A stretch of 64,000 nt of DNA from an uncultured Anaerolineaceae bacterium (lineage in GTDB: Bacteria; Chloroflexota; Anaerolineae; Anaerolineales; E44-bin32), in contig CAYMCO010000001.1 in the NCBI GenBank assembly GCA_964388955.1, forward strand, positions 66,951-130,950, read 5' to 3'. How positions within the stretch are numbered: the stretch's first letter is position 1; the number at the start of each line of letters is the position of its first letter. The notes beneath the pieces were generated by a model. The model did no database searches. It had not been told where the DNA came from and saw only the letters and a list, made by a program, of their open reading frames with translations. The position numbers were made by a program, and so were the translations under genes. This document shows, one piece after another, positions 1 through 9,375 of this stretch.

Positions 1-680
1 TTTCATCATTTGTGGCAGGGACATGCCAGCCATCACGACTGCCAACATATCTACTCCGTTGCGGAGGTGACGGTAGGATGGGACCAGGGAGAGGGCAAGC
101 ATGGCATTCTCTGCTAATACAGTCCGGCAGGCATGGAACAGAGCGGGCGGTCATTGTGAATGCCGCCGACGAAGCCGTGATCATCCCCATAAACAGTGCA
201 AGACATAACTTGTCTTGGGAAATCGTGACGGAGAAGGGCAGGGGGCTTGGGAGGCGCATCGCATTGGGGCAACGTGGCGGGGTCGCCCCTCAATCTGCGA
301 AATCCTGTGTCGAGTTTGCTACCGGAGGACCATCAAGAAAATGGCAATGACAAGAGGGGATGAGCCCAAATAAAGCCCGCAGAGCTCAATGGTGGAGGCC
401 GTTGGAAAGCTGAATGCAATCGGCGTGATCAGGTTTGTCCCAGCGAGGAGCCGAGTGGCAGATGGGTGCTATCGGTATCTCATGCCCCGAAAGAGGTGGA
501 CAGGGGAAAAGAGACAAGCGTAACTGTTTCCGTAAACAACAGCCCGCAGTGCCCGATCTGTTGGAGTCATATTCCCGATTTCCCTTGATACCACTCAGAT
601 AACCCTGCCATCACAGTGACGTGACGTATGATGAGGGCGGATGCAGCTATCCTTGATTTATCAATGCAGGAAGAGCGATC

Positions 681-929
681 TTGGGATCAACTGGAGGCGC
701 ATCCGTGAGCCTGCAAATGCTTGAAAGTCCACATGTAATGAGAGCCCCTGACAGGCTCCTGACCGCGGACGAGGTGGCAGAGAAGCTGAGCATCGGCCTT
801 TCGACGGCCTATATGCTGCTGCAGCGGGGCGATTTGCCCAGCGTGCGAATCGGCCGCTCGGTGCGCGTCCGCCCTGAGGACCTCAGACGCTTCGTACTCG
901 CGAGAAGGGAGGGTGTAGCGAACATCTGA
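681..929 (+). CDS. Excisionase-family HTH DNA-binding protein (Xis-like)
   Basis: 82-aa ORF. The segment RLLTADEVAEKLSIGLSTAYMLLQRGDLPSVRIGRSVRVRPEDLRRF fits the short excisionase/HTH_17 pattern. It lies 190 nt upstream of an integrase gene. The ORF-track start is TTG; in-frame ATGs at 717 and 738 are more plausible starts. Confidence 0.6.
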   Translation: MGSTGGASVSLQMLESPHVMRAPDRLLTADEVAEKLSIGLSTAYMLLQRGDLPSVRIGRSVRVRPEDLRRFVLARREGVANI

Positions 930-933
930 GCTG

Positions 934-985
934 TGACATGCTGGCCTGTGTCCCAATTACCGCGTTGAACCCGGCCAGCATGTCA
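934..985. repeat. Perfect 13-nt inverted repeat (TGACATGCTGGCC ... GGCCAGCATGTCA) with a 26-nt spacer, between the xis-like and int genes
   Basis: Read directly: left arm 934-946, right arm 973-985. No T-tract follows it. It could be an operator or a terminator-like hairpin; function unknown. Confidence 0.5.
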
Positions 986-1118
986 TCAAAACGAGGATTC
1001 CTCAATCAGCTGCTCGCTGATACAATCTCGAGCAGTCTGCGCCCTTTAACAACCGAAGGCAGAACGGCCGAAGAGCCGCCTTTCCTCTCATCTCCATTGA
1101 CAAAGGAGAAGTGAGGAA

Positions 1119-2297
1119 ATGGTGAAAAAGAAACGCGGTCACGGCGAAGGCACGATCTACCAAACTCCGTCTGGGAGTTGGCGGGCACAAATCTGGATCA
1201 ATGCGGAGAGGGTCGGAAGAACCGTCGAGGCCAAGGCAGACGGCATCGCCTGGTTGGCCGATATACAATCAAAGCGAGCCAAGGGCTACGATGTTGCTGG
1301 TAGAAAGCAGTTGCTCGGAGCCTACATGGATGAATGGTTGGATACCAAGGAACCAGCAGTGTCGCCGCGAACCATCTGCCAGTATCGTCAGATCGTCCGC
1401 GACTATGTCACTCCGGAACTCGGGGAGATACCCCTCAAGGACCTGCGGCTTCAGCGGATCGAACAGCACTATTCGATGCTCCAGAAGAGGGGGGTGGGCA
1501 CCAGGACAATACGGCTTACTCACGCAGTCCTTCATAGGGCGCTTGAGAAGGCAGTCAAGTATGCATACCTCCATCGAAATCCTGCCAGCGGTGCATCGCT
1601 TCCCAAGCGTCGAGCCAGGGAGATGAAGACACTGAATGCGGAGCAGGTCACACAATTCCTCATCGCCGCGCGAGATGGCCGGCATGAGGTCCTCTACCAT
1701 CTCGCAATTCAAACGGGAATGCGGCAGGGCGAACTCTTGGGGCTGCAGTGGCGTGATGTGGATTGGGTCCAGCACACGATTCGCGTGCAACGGCAGGTCA
1801 AGTGGGTGCCCGGTGAGAGCTGGCGCTTTGTCGATCCAAAGACGAGGGCTGGATTCCGCACGATCCTGCTAAGCTTAGGCTTGCTGGATACGCTGAAAAG
1901 GCATAAACAGTCACAGGCTCATGAGACTTCCTGCGCAGGAAAACGCTGGCAGGATCATGACCTCATATGTCCCACGTCGGTCGGAACACCGCCAACTCCA
2001 AGCAACCTAAGAAAGGATTTCAACCGTGTTCTCGAGCGAGCGGGCGTTCCCCGAATCCGCTTCCATGACCTCCGGCACACTGCAGCGTCACTTATGCTGA
2101 ATGGCGGCATCCCACCGATTGTTGTGTCGAAGATCCTCGGACACGCGCAGCCAAGCATAACTCTCGATATCTATGGACATGTGTATGCGCAAATGCAGAT
2201 GGGAGCTGCAGAGGTGATGGATGATCTGGTTGCACCTATCCCGATCGATCTCGATGGATTGTCCATAGATCCTACTAGGATGGCTCGGGACCACTGA
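1119..2297 (+). CDS. int: Tyrosine recombinase / phage-type integrase
   Basis: 392 aa with a GAGGAA Shine-Dalgarno sequence just upstream of the ATG. The catalytic region is readable: LAIQTGMRQGELLGLQWRDVD (box I Arg), HDLRHTAASLMLNGG (H-x-x-R) and LGHAQPSITLDIYGHV (His and Tyr nucleophile). Confidence 0.92.
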   Translation: MVKKKRGHGEGTIYQTPSGSWRAQIWINAERVGRTVEAKADGIAWLADIQSKRAKGYDVAGRKQLLGAYMDEWLDTKEPAVSPRTICQYRQIVRDYVTPELGEIPLKDLRLQRIEQHYSMLQKRGVGTRTIRLTHAVLHRALEKAVKYAYLHRNPASGASLPKRRAREMKTLNAEQVTQFLIAARDGRHEVLYHLAIQTGMRQGELLGLQWRDVDWVQHTIRVQRQVKWVPGESWRFVDPKTRAGFRTILLSLGLLDTLKRHKQSQAHETSCAGKRWQDHDLICPTSVGTPPTPSNLRKDFNRVLERAGVPRIRFHDLRHTAASLMLNGGIPPIVVSKILGHAQPSITLDIYGHVYAQMQMGAAEVMDDLVAPIPIDLDGLSIDPTRMARDH

Positions 2298-2329
2298 CAC
2301 CCCCAAAACCTGGTAACGCAAACTACACA

Positions 2330-2351
2330 GAATAGCACCGGAATAGCACCG
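2330..2351 (+). repeat. Tandem direct repeat, 2 x GAATAGCACCG (candidate arm-type recombinase site)
   Basis: Two perfect adjacent 11-mers at 2330-2340 and 2341-2351. A related 2 x 10-mer sits in the equivalent position next to the intact tRNA (11255-11274). Confidence 0.6.
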
Positions 2352-2357
2352 AAAAGC

Positions 2358-2384
2358 CGGCACCCACCTTCTCAGTGGGTGCCG
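2358..2384. terminator. 10-bp GC-rich hairpin (CGGCACCCAC-cttctca-GTGGGTGCCG)
   Basis: Read directly. On the minus strand it is followed by CTTTTCGG, so it resembles an intrinsic terminator downstream of a tRNA 3' end. It also lies 60 nt after the int stop codon. The stem sequence is almost identical to the hairpin at 11285-11307. Confidence 0.45.
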
Positions 2385-2431
2385 CAAACGCAGCAAGAGA
2401 GGTTTTCCTGGAGAGAAAACCCTCCTCCTCA

Positions 2432-2476
2432 GGCCCGCCCGGAGGGACTCGAACCCCCAGCCTACCGATTCGAAGT
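2432..2476 (-). repeat. Partial tRNA-Arg copy (3' half, from anticodon loop to acceptor end); att-core-like direct repeat
   Basis: 2432-2476 matches 11357-11401 at 43 of 45 positions (mismatches at 2435 and 2466). There is no tRNA 5' half next to it. Confidence 0.85.
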
Positions 2477-3672
2477 TGCATTGCCCGGTTTCCATAGTGA
2501 AGATGGAGAGCCACAAAGGGGCATCCCCTCCATGAACAAGAGGGATTTCCGTCCATTCTCGGCATCCTGTCCATCGCTTCCATGGCATTTGCCGTCAAAT
2601 TGCTGTCAGAATGGAGGGCAACGGATCTGCAAGGGAGAGCGTGCGGTCCCACAGGTTCATTAATCCTTGGGTTTGTATTCGATGCCGTCGCATATCTGGA
2701 GAGATGTGGAGGAATTCGAATACTGAATGGTTGCATGTTCAACGCTCCCCGCTGGCCTTGGTTTCCGCGAGCTCGACCAATTCTCATTATCCAAGAGACC
2801 AACACCTATGCCTGACCATCGCCGCCGGGGGGGCGAGGCTTTCGATTCGCACAGTGGAATTATTTTCCCCTCACAAGAACAATCAGGCTTTTAATAGTAT
2901 TTCTTCATCGTTATCCCGCCCAATACGCGATGTGGAGCATTTCATAGATGCAACGCGATTTCCTGGCTTTTCCCCTATGATGGAATCCTGGGCAGGTGAA
3001 TGCCTGAGACACCTTGTCAAGGATTAGCCCAAGTCCAGCGCTGACGCCCCCGGCAAGAAGCCGTGCTAGTACTCTAGAAAGATCGGATCTTGATCTCGGA
3101 TTGGTCTTGGCCGTTGCGGGCGCATCTGGAAGGGCTCTGCTTGAATCCTCAGGCGCACATCCGAATAGGAATAGGCACTGGATGCGCTTAATCCACTTGT
3201 AGTTGGTCCGACAGAATGGGCTCTCCAGAGGACAGGTGACGGCTCGGTTGGGCGGATTCAGAACGAATTTTCGCAGTATTCCTAGAGCAACAACCCGACG
3301 GATGATCGCAGCCGCAATGGAGAGGCGGTCCAGGGGCTCAATATCCCCATGAACATTCACGGAGGTGTCTCGGAAGAGCCGTCAAGAGGAATTCCGACAG
3401 CGCACTTGGGTGTCAGGCGATGTGGCTACCTTCGGAGTTATTGGCGTCGCCACAGATTCAGCAGCGGATCCGTGAATAATGGCATGGATTCTGGCGGCAG
3501 GCCGAACTTGAATATGGAACGAAATACCTCTCTCAGCCCTCAGGTTTATCAACTTTGGATCCTAACACGAAAAGTGAGACCTGCGACCCATGAAGGTAGT
3601 CTCTGCTATTGAATATAATTACGTGGAAAGTCTCTTGCCAGCACTCTAGAAATCAGAGGCACCCCTCCTATT

Positions 3673-5052
3673 ATGTTTGAGCATATGTTCACTCCGAGGA
3701 ATATTGCCGTTGTTGGCGCTAGCAATAAACGGGACAAGATGGGCAATCTTTTCATCAGGAATCTGCTCTCTGGCTTTCCCGGAAGAATATTTCCGGTCCA
3801 TCCCACCGTGCGTGAGATTGATGGGTTGAAAGCATATCCCGACCTTTCTGCAGTGCCAGGCAAGATCGACCTTCTCGTGCCTCTAATCCCTGCGAGCGAA
3901 GTCATCTCCCTCGTGAGGGATTGCGCGAAGGGCCAAGTGAACGTTCTATTGGCAATTCCGAGCGGATTTGGTGAAGTGCCGATAACTGGGAAGCCGCTTC
4001 AAGAGGAATTACGGGCACTTGCCAAAGAAAGAGGAATTCGGGTTGTCGGCCCAAACAGCGTCGGGCTGTTCAACTGTCCATATGGTCTGAACGCTTCCAT
4101 GGTTCCTGAGCGGCCGCCTGGTGGATCAGGATTCTCTTGTGTCACCCAGAGCGGCGGATTTGGGATGGCTATCTACATGTATACACTTGATAATGAGATG
4201 GAAATGGCCAAGTTCTGCGATCTGGGGAATTCATCTGATGTCAAGCCCCATGAAGTACTTGGATACCTGGCCGAAGACGATGAAACTCAGATTATAGGTG
4301 CCTTTCTGGAAGCATACATAGAACGGGATGTCTTTCTTGATTGCGCTGAAATGGTTGCTCAAGAAAAGCCTATGATTTTGACCAAGCTAGGGCATACTCG
4401 CGCTGGAACACGTGCCTCATATGCTCATATTGGTCAACCTGCGGGTGATTCCTCTTCTCCAGAAGGAAAGCTCCGGATTATTCCTGCGAGCACAGGTCTG
4501 GAGATGTTGGATATTGCGAAAGGGCTGAGTTGGCAATCGCTGCCCACTGGGAGGAAGGTGGGAATAGTTACCGGCTCAGGCGGCGTTGGGGCAGAATTGG
4601 CGGATCTCTGCATAGACCATTCACTGGAGGTGCCTAGTTTCTCGCAAGAGCTACAGGACAGATTGCGACCGTTGCTCCCTGCCTACGCAAGCGTTCAAAA
4701 CCCGGTCGACTTGACGCCTATTTGGCATGAATATGCCAAGCTCTATCCACCTATTCTTGAGACACTAAATTCCTCAAACGAGGTTGATATCTTGCTTGTG
4801 ACAATCATTGATGTGGCTACAACCCAAGAGCCTCTGATGCACGCTGTCTCAGAAACAATAGAGAAGCTTCGTCAGGAAAGCTCCTACGTAAAACCCATCT
4901 ATATAAACTGGGCTGCACCCCACAGCATGCGGGAACATAGGCAAGTGCTGCAGAGGGGGCACATTCCCTGCTACAAATCCACTCTCTCTACTGTGCGAAC
5001 CGCGGCCGCGATTTGCGATTATGCCAGATTTCCGTATGAGAGGGAGATCTGA
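3673..5052 (+). CDS. CoA-binding, ADP-forming acyl-CoA synthetase alpha-like protein (no ATP-grasp partner nearby)
   Basis: 459 aa. N-terminal CoA-binding Rossmann motif NIAVVGASNKRDKMGN, then a succinyl-CoA-synthetase-like middle domain (IRVVGPNSVGLFN). The loop ASYAHIGQPAG resembles the phospho-His loop (SHTG) of ACD alpha subunits. Confidence 0.75.
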   Translation: MFEHMFTPRNIAVVGASNKRDKMGNLFIRNLLSGFPGRIFPVHPTVREIDGLKAYPDLSAVPGKIDLLVPLIPASEVISLVRDCAKGQVNVLLAIPSGFGEVPITGKPLQEELRALAKERGIRVVGPNSVGLFNCPYGLNASMVPERPPGGSGFSCVTQSGGFGMAIYMYTLDNEMEMAKFCDLGNSSDVKPHEVLGYLAEDDETQIIGAFLEAYIERDVFLDCAEMVAQEKPMILTKLGHTRAGTRASYAHIGQPAGDSSSPEGKLRIIPASTGLEMLDIAKGLSWQSLPTGRKVGIVTGSGGVGAELADLCIDHSLEVPSFSQELQDRLRPLLPAYASVQNPVDLTPIWHEYAKLYPPILETLNSSNEVDILLVTIIDVATTQEPLMHAVSETIEKLRQESSYVKPIYINWAAPHSMREHRQVLQRGHIPCYKSTLSTVRTAAAICDYARFPYEREI

Positions 5053-5055
5053 AAT

Positions 5056-5772
5056 ATGGAAGACTCTCAATTCCACTGGTACCGCCAGCTTGCGGTCAAC
5101 ACTATTCGATATGAGGGGTTGCATGTCCTGTTGTGGCGGCTGATGCAGTACTCGCTGTCCCCGCTCGGTCGTTTGGGAATGCTCTCTTTCTGCCGGAAAG
5201 ATCTAACTCAGGGATTGCTGGATATTCGAGCGAAGGTTGTTCTGACCATAAATCGAGCAACGGAAGCCGATATCGATCAATTAACGATGTTAGCATCGTC
5301 GCGGTATGGTCCTTCACAGAGGCGAGAGTTGTTCAGCGAACGCAGTATTCGTGAGACGATTCTTGATCGATTCGAACATGCTGCAACATGCTTCGTGGCT
5401 CGCATTGGTGAAGAGATCGTGCATTACAATTGGATATTCTTTCACAGGCATGTGTGGGAGCCTGGAGGACCTTGCTTGATAACTATGGGTAATCGTGAAG
5501 CCTTGTGCGACGATGGTTTCACACCAGAAGATTGGCGAGGAAGAGCAATCCACGGCGCTGTCAACAATGCAATGCTCAACTTCCTCCAGCAGTCCGGTTT
5601 CGAGACCGCGTACACGCTCGTAAATTCGTTCAATCTATCCTCAAAGAAGGCCTTGCACAAAGTAGGTTGGGATTTCTTCGCCAACTTTCTTTATTTCACC
5701 CTTCGAAAATCGCAAAAGACCTTCGGATTGGAAGTCCGCGGCTCCATTGCCCCATTCAGTGTAATAAGATAG
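5056..5772 (+). CDS. GNAT-family N-acyltransferase
   Basis: 238 aa. Starts 3 nt after the preceding stop codon. The acetyl-CoA-binding motif-A-like region is FTPEDWRGRAIHGAVNNAMLNFLQQSGFETAYTLV..SSKKALHKVGW. Confidence 0.65.
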   Translation: MEDSQFHWYRQLAVNTIRYEGLHVLLWRLMQYSLSPLGRLGMLSFCRKDLTQGLLDIRAKVVLTINRATEADIDQLTMLASSRYGPSQRRELFSERSIRETILDRFEHAATCFVARIGEEIVHYNWIFFHRHVWEPGGPCLITMGNREALCDDGFTPEDWRGRAIHGAVNNAMLNFLQQSGFETAYTLVNSFNLSSKKALHKVGWDFFANFLYFTLRKSQKTFGLEVRGSIAPFSVIR

Positions 5773-6086
5773 ATCAAATGCCTCGAGCGCGTGGTTGTTG
5801 AGTTGCCCTGTATTTGCTCACGCTGTGACTCCGCAAGCTTCAAGTAACATTTCTCAGCAGCGTCCGTTCTCATCATTGAGAAATTGGTTCCACCTTTTTT
5901 TGCGGGCGCTGCCATAAACACAATCGAGCGATTCTTAGGTAGATCATTCCGAAGACTACATTTAGATGCCTTATTCTGACGCTTCCGTATCACGGGAAGG
6001 GGGAGCTTAGCCAATAATGGAAGCCGAGAATATTCCAATCGGATAATTAGGCCGCACACCAGAGTTACAGGAAAGGAAGGATATCT

Positions 6087-7331
6087 ATGTTTTCAAAGAA
6101 ACTGAGGGCGATACCGTATCTCATTATCCTCTCGCTTATCTTTGGCGCTTGTGGGCCAGCCGAACCTGCAGCCAGCACGGATGGGGAATCGACCTTTGAC
6201 TGCACGGTAACCATAGGTGCACCGATAAGTGAGACTGGCAGATTTGCTCGGGAAGGAGCATGGAATCAGCGGGGATACGATCTCTGGAAAGAATGGGTCA
6301 ATACCGAGTACGGGGGGATCAAGCTGGGTGAGCAGAGATGCGAGGCCAAGCTCATCTACTACGATGATGAAAGCGACCCCGACACGTCAGCAAAACTGAT
6401 CGAGAGATTAATCACCGAAGATAAAGTCGATTTCTTGCTGGGACCCTATTCCAGTACGATAACATTGGGCACCAGTGCAATCGCAGAGAAGTATGGGGTC
6501 ATCATGGTCGAAGCTCATGGTGCCTCGGAAACCCTCTTCGAACGCGGATTTAAGAATCTCTTCGCGGTCCTTACCCCAGCTTCCTACTATACAGAATCCG
6601 CGCTCAAGGCCTTGGCTGAAGCAGGAGCGAAGACAGTGGTGGTCGCAGTATTGGATGATACATTCTCGGCTTCTGCAGCAGAAGGTGCCGTGAGATGGTG
6701 CGATGATTATGGGCTTGAGGTCTTGGCACAGGAGACCTATCCTGCCGATGTAGCCGATATCTCCGGCATGATGACAAAGTTCCGCGATTTGGAGCCGGAT
6801 GTTTTCGTGGGCGCAGGGCACTTTAATGACTCCGTGCTCTTCATCCGCAGCGCCCAGGAATTGGGATTTGCCCCCAAAGCGATGATGCTTACCGTTGGAC
6901 CTGATAGTCCTGATTTCATCGCTGAACTTGGAGACGACGCGAACTTCATCATGGGCGATTCTCAATGGGACAAGACTATGCTTTATGAGGATGAGTATTT
7001 CGGGACGGCCGCCGACTATGCCGAGCGCTATATAGAGCGATACGGAGAAGCCCCGCCATATCAATCAGCCAGTTCAACGGCTGCCGCCCTAGCGCTACAC
7101 CTCGCAATCGAGCAGGCTGGGACTCTGGAGATGGATGCTGTGCGAGAGGCATTGCGAAATCTAGACATAAATACCTTCTATGGTCCAATTAATTTTGATG
7201 ATACTGGCAAGAATACGGCCAAGCCAATGGTGACGATTCAGGTGCTCGATGGCGAGGCGAGAGTTGTGGCACCAACTGATGTGGCCACCGCGGACCTGAT
7301 CTATCCAATGCCGGGCTGGGAAGAACGATAG
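6087..7331 (+). CDS. ABC transporter substrate-binding lipoprotein, branched-chain amino acid (LivJ/LivK-like, type I PBP) family
   Basis: 414 aa with a lipoprotein signal (LIILSLIFGAC). Length and sequence style match Leu/Ile/Val-binding proteins, and LivHMGF-like genes follow. Confidence 0.85.
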   Translation: MFSKKLRAIPYLIILSLIFGACGPAEPAASTDGESTFDCTVTIGAPISETGRFAREGAWNQRGYDLWKEWVNTEYGGIKLGEQRCEAKLIYYDDESDPDTSAKLIERLITEDKVDFLLGPYSSTITLGTSAIAEKYGVIMVEAHGASETLFERGFKNLFAVLTPASYYTESALKALAEAGAKTVVVAVLDDTFSASAAEGAVRWCDDYGLEVLAQETYPADVADISGMMTKFRDLEPDVFVGAGHFNDSVLFIRSAQELGFAPKAMMLTVGPDSPDFIAELGDDANFIMGDSQWDKTMLYEDEYFGTAADYAERYIERYGEAPPYQSASSTAAALALHLAIEQAGTLEMDAVREALRNLDINTFYGPINFDDTGKNTAKPMVTIQVLDGEARVVAPTDVATADLIYPMPGWEER

Positions 7332-7347
7332 ACCGGTATCTGCACGA

Positions 7348-7399
7348 AACGTGATGCGTGAATCTAGGTGTCTAGAAGATCACGCATCACGTTCTTTTG
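7348..7399 (+). terminator. Intrinsic terminator/attenuator between the binding-protein and permease genes
   Basis: 14-bp perfect stem AACGTGATGCGTGA (7348-7361) / TCACGCATCACGTT (7380-7393), with an inner TCTAG/CTAGA extension, followed by CTTTTG. Confidence 0.7.
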
Positions 7400-7459
7400 T
7401 AGATAAGGCTATTCTACTCAATTTGCAGCATAGATCGCAATCAAGCTGGAGATGGTTCC

Positions 7460-8344
7460 TTGGACCAATTCCTGCAAGTAATGGTTAACGGAATTATGCT
7501 TGGAGGGTTCTATGCAATTATGACCCTGGGTTTTTCGATTATCTGGGGCGTTATGGGAATAATTAATCTGGCGCACGGAGAGTTCCTCATGGTTGGGGCC
7601 TACCTGGCGTGGTTTCTGAATCGCCAGTTTGGGATAGAGCCATTGATGTCGCTATTCTTGGTAGCTCCAATCATGTTCGTAATCGGCTATCTCTTGCAGC
7701 GAGCCCTAATTAATCGAATAATCGAACGCCCCCAGCTGATCTCCTTGTTCATAACGTACGCATTGTCAATCATCCTCGCCAATACATTCAAATTGCTTTT
7801 CACGGCCACACCGAGAAGCGTAAACACTATACTTGGTGGCTTTTGGCGATTTGGAGCAATAACATTGCCCGTGGTAAAGACCTACGACCTTGTCATCGCA
7901 CTGGGCATGATGGGTGGCCTATTTCTTCTCCTCCAATTCACAAGGTTGGGAAAGAGCATTCGGGCCGCTTCACAGAACCGTATGGCAGCCAGACTGGTTG
8001 GTATAAAGATTTCATCAGTCTACGCCCTTTCATTCGCCATCAGTATTGCTGCCACATCAGCAGCAGGCGTGCTTTTCAGCTTGACTCAACCGATCTTTCC
8101 ATTCATGGGCCTATCGTTCACTCTCAAAGCATTTGCGATAACAGCGATGTCAGGGCTGGGCAATATTCGTGGGACTTTGCTTGGCAGCATCCTACTTGGA
8201 TTAATTGAGTCGTCTATCGCGACTTATATTCCTGGGGTGGGCACCAATTTGGGAGTAATCGCCTCCTTCGTGATATTGGTGATCGTCTTGGTTTTCAGGC
8301 CGCATGGGTTGTTTGGCGGACTCCAACCCATGGAGTCGCAATGA
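7460..8344 (+). CDS. Branched-chain amino acid ABC transporter permease (LivH-like)
   Basis: 294 aa, multi-TM. The N-terminus MDQFLQVMVNGIMLGGFYAIMTLGFSIIWG is collinear with LivH/BraD-type permeases. TTG start. Confidence 0.85.
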   Translation: MDQFLQVMVNGIMLGGFYAIMTLGFSIIWGVMGIINLAHGEFLMVGAYLAWFLNRQFGIEPLMSLFLVAPIMFVIGYLLQRALINRIIERPQLISLFITYALSIILANTFKLLFTATPRSVNTILGGFWRFGAITLPVVKTYDLVIALGMMGGLFLLLQFTRLGKSIRAASQNRMAARLVGIKISSVYALSFAISIAATSAAGVLFSLTQPIFPFMGLSFTLKAFAITAMSGLGNIRGTLLGSILLGLIESSIATYIPGVGTNLGVIASFVILVIVLVFRPHGLFGGLQPMESQ

Positions 8345-9375
8345 GGCGAATTGCGCCAATAGCGCAGCTCTTTGAGAGGCTCCGTCTGAACCAATGGGGT
8401 GTCGTCACGTTGACGCTATCGCTGTTTGTGTTGCCAATTCCAGCGATGATCGGTTGGGAGCAAAGCCCCATAACGAATTCTCTCCTATTTTCCCTTACTC
8501 AGATGTTCATGTTGATCACATTATCAAGTGATTGGAATTTGATAAGTGGATTCACTGGATATATAGACTTTGGTCACATAACATTCTTTGGATTAGGTGC
8601 TTACTCAACGGGTATATTGATGGCCAAACTCGCATGGCCATTCCTTCCAACATTGCTTGTCGGTGGGATAATCTCAATGGGTGCAGCCATTCTCATCGGC
8701 AGAGCAACCATGCACCTTAAGGGTCCCTATTTCTCGATTGCTATGATGGCAACCTTCGCTGCAACCCGTGAAATCATACGGGTCGCACGCCCCTTTACTG
8801 GTGGGGGACCTGGTCTAACGCTTCCGCCCTACCTAAACCGTCCGTTGTTCTATTATGTGACATTGTGCCAAGCTGTAATTGTCATCGTCGCGGTTTGGTG
8901 GATAAGACGTTCGGCGTTTGGTGCAACTCTAGTGGCCATACGTGAAGACGAAACCGGCGCGGAGATGCGGGGCATCAATACCAATCTCCATAAGGTCGTG
9001 GTATTTGCGATAGCTGCACTTTCATCCGGAGTGGTAGGAGGGTTGTGGGCCTACCAAAACACCTTCATCGCTCCGGATCTTGTATTCATGGATAGTCGAA
9101 CGATTGAGATCGCGATAATGGCAATTCTCGGTGGACTGGGCACCGTTCCAGGGCCCGTTATTGGAGCGATCATAATATACTGGCTGCGGGACGCAGTCTG
9201 GGCAAATCTCTTGCAGTTCCACCTGATCGCAGAGGGGATTCTGCTTATCGTGATCATCCTGTTGCTGCCAAGAGGGATCTTGGGATCATTGCGCCAATTT
9301 GCAGCAGGAATTCGAGGATTCCCCAATTCCAGTTTGTTAGATCACACGGAGAACGTAAGGGAAGAAAGAATATGA
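8341..9375 (+). CDS. Branched-chain amino acid ABC transporter permease (LivM-like)
   Basis: 344 aa, multi-TM. 4-nt overlap with the upstream permease gene and 4-nt overlap with the downstream ATPase gene. Confidence 0.85.
   Translation: MRRIAPIAQLFERLRLNQWGVVTLTLSLFVLPIPAMIGWEQSPITNSLLFSLTQMFMLITLSSDWNLISGFTGYIDFGHITFFGLGAYSTGILMAKLAWPFLPTLLVGGIISMGAAILIGRATMHLKGPYFSIAMMATFAATREIIRVARPFTGGGPGLTLPPYLNRPLFYYVTLCQAVIVIVAVWWIRRSAFGATLVAIREDETGAEMRGINTNLHKVVVFAIAALSSGVVGGLWAYQNTFIAPDLVFMDSRTIEIAIMAILGGLGTVPGPVIGAIIIYWLRDAVWANLLQFHLIAEGILLIVIILLLPRGILGSLRQFAAGIRGFPNSSLLDHTENVREERI

Larger units (their letters stand above)
681..2476 (+). mobile_element. Right-hand end of an integrative element (xis-like, int, tandem repeats, hairpin, att core). 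The left boundary is not visible in the window.
   Basis: The integrase ends 135 nt before a 45-nt copy of the tRNA-Arg 3' half. Tandem 11-nt repeats and a hairpin lie in between. Confidence 0.5.

Noticed and set aside
12-350. 112-aa ORF at the window start
   Set aside because: There is no recognisable family, the composition is odd and the context is unclear at the window edge. It could belong to the integrative element, but I cannot support it.
2911-3360. 149-aa minus-strand ORF as a possible transposase or regulator remnant
   Set aside because: A few residues vaguely resemble DDE-transposase C-termini, but no catalytic motif or HTH can be pointed to. It is covered under the gene-poor-region finding instead.
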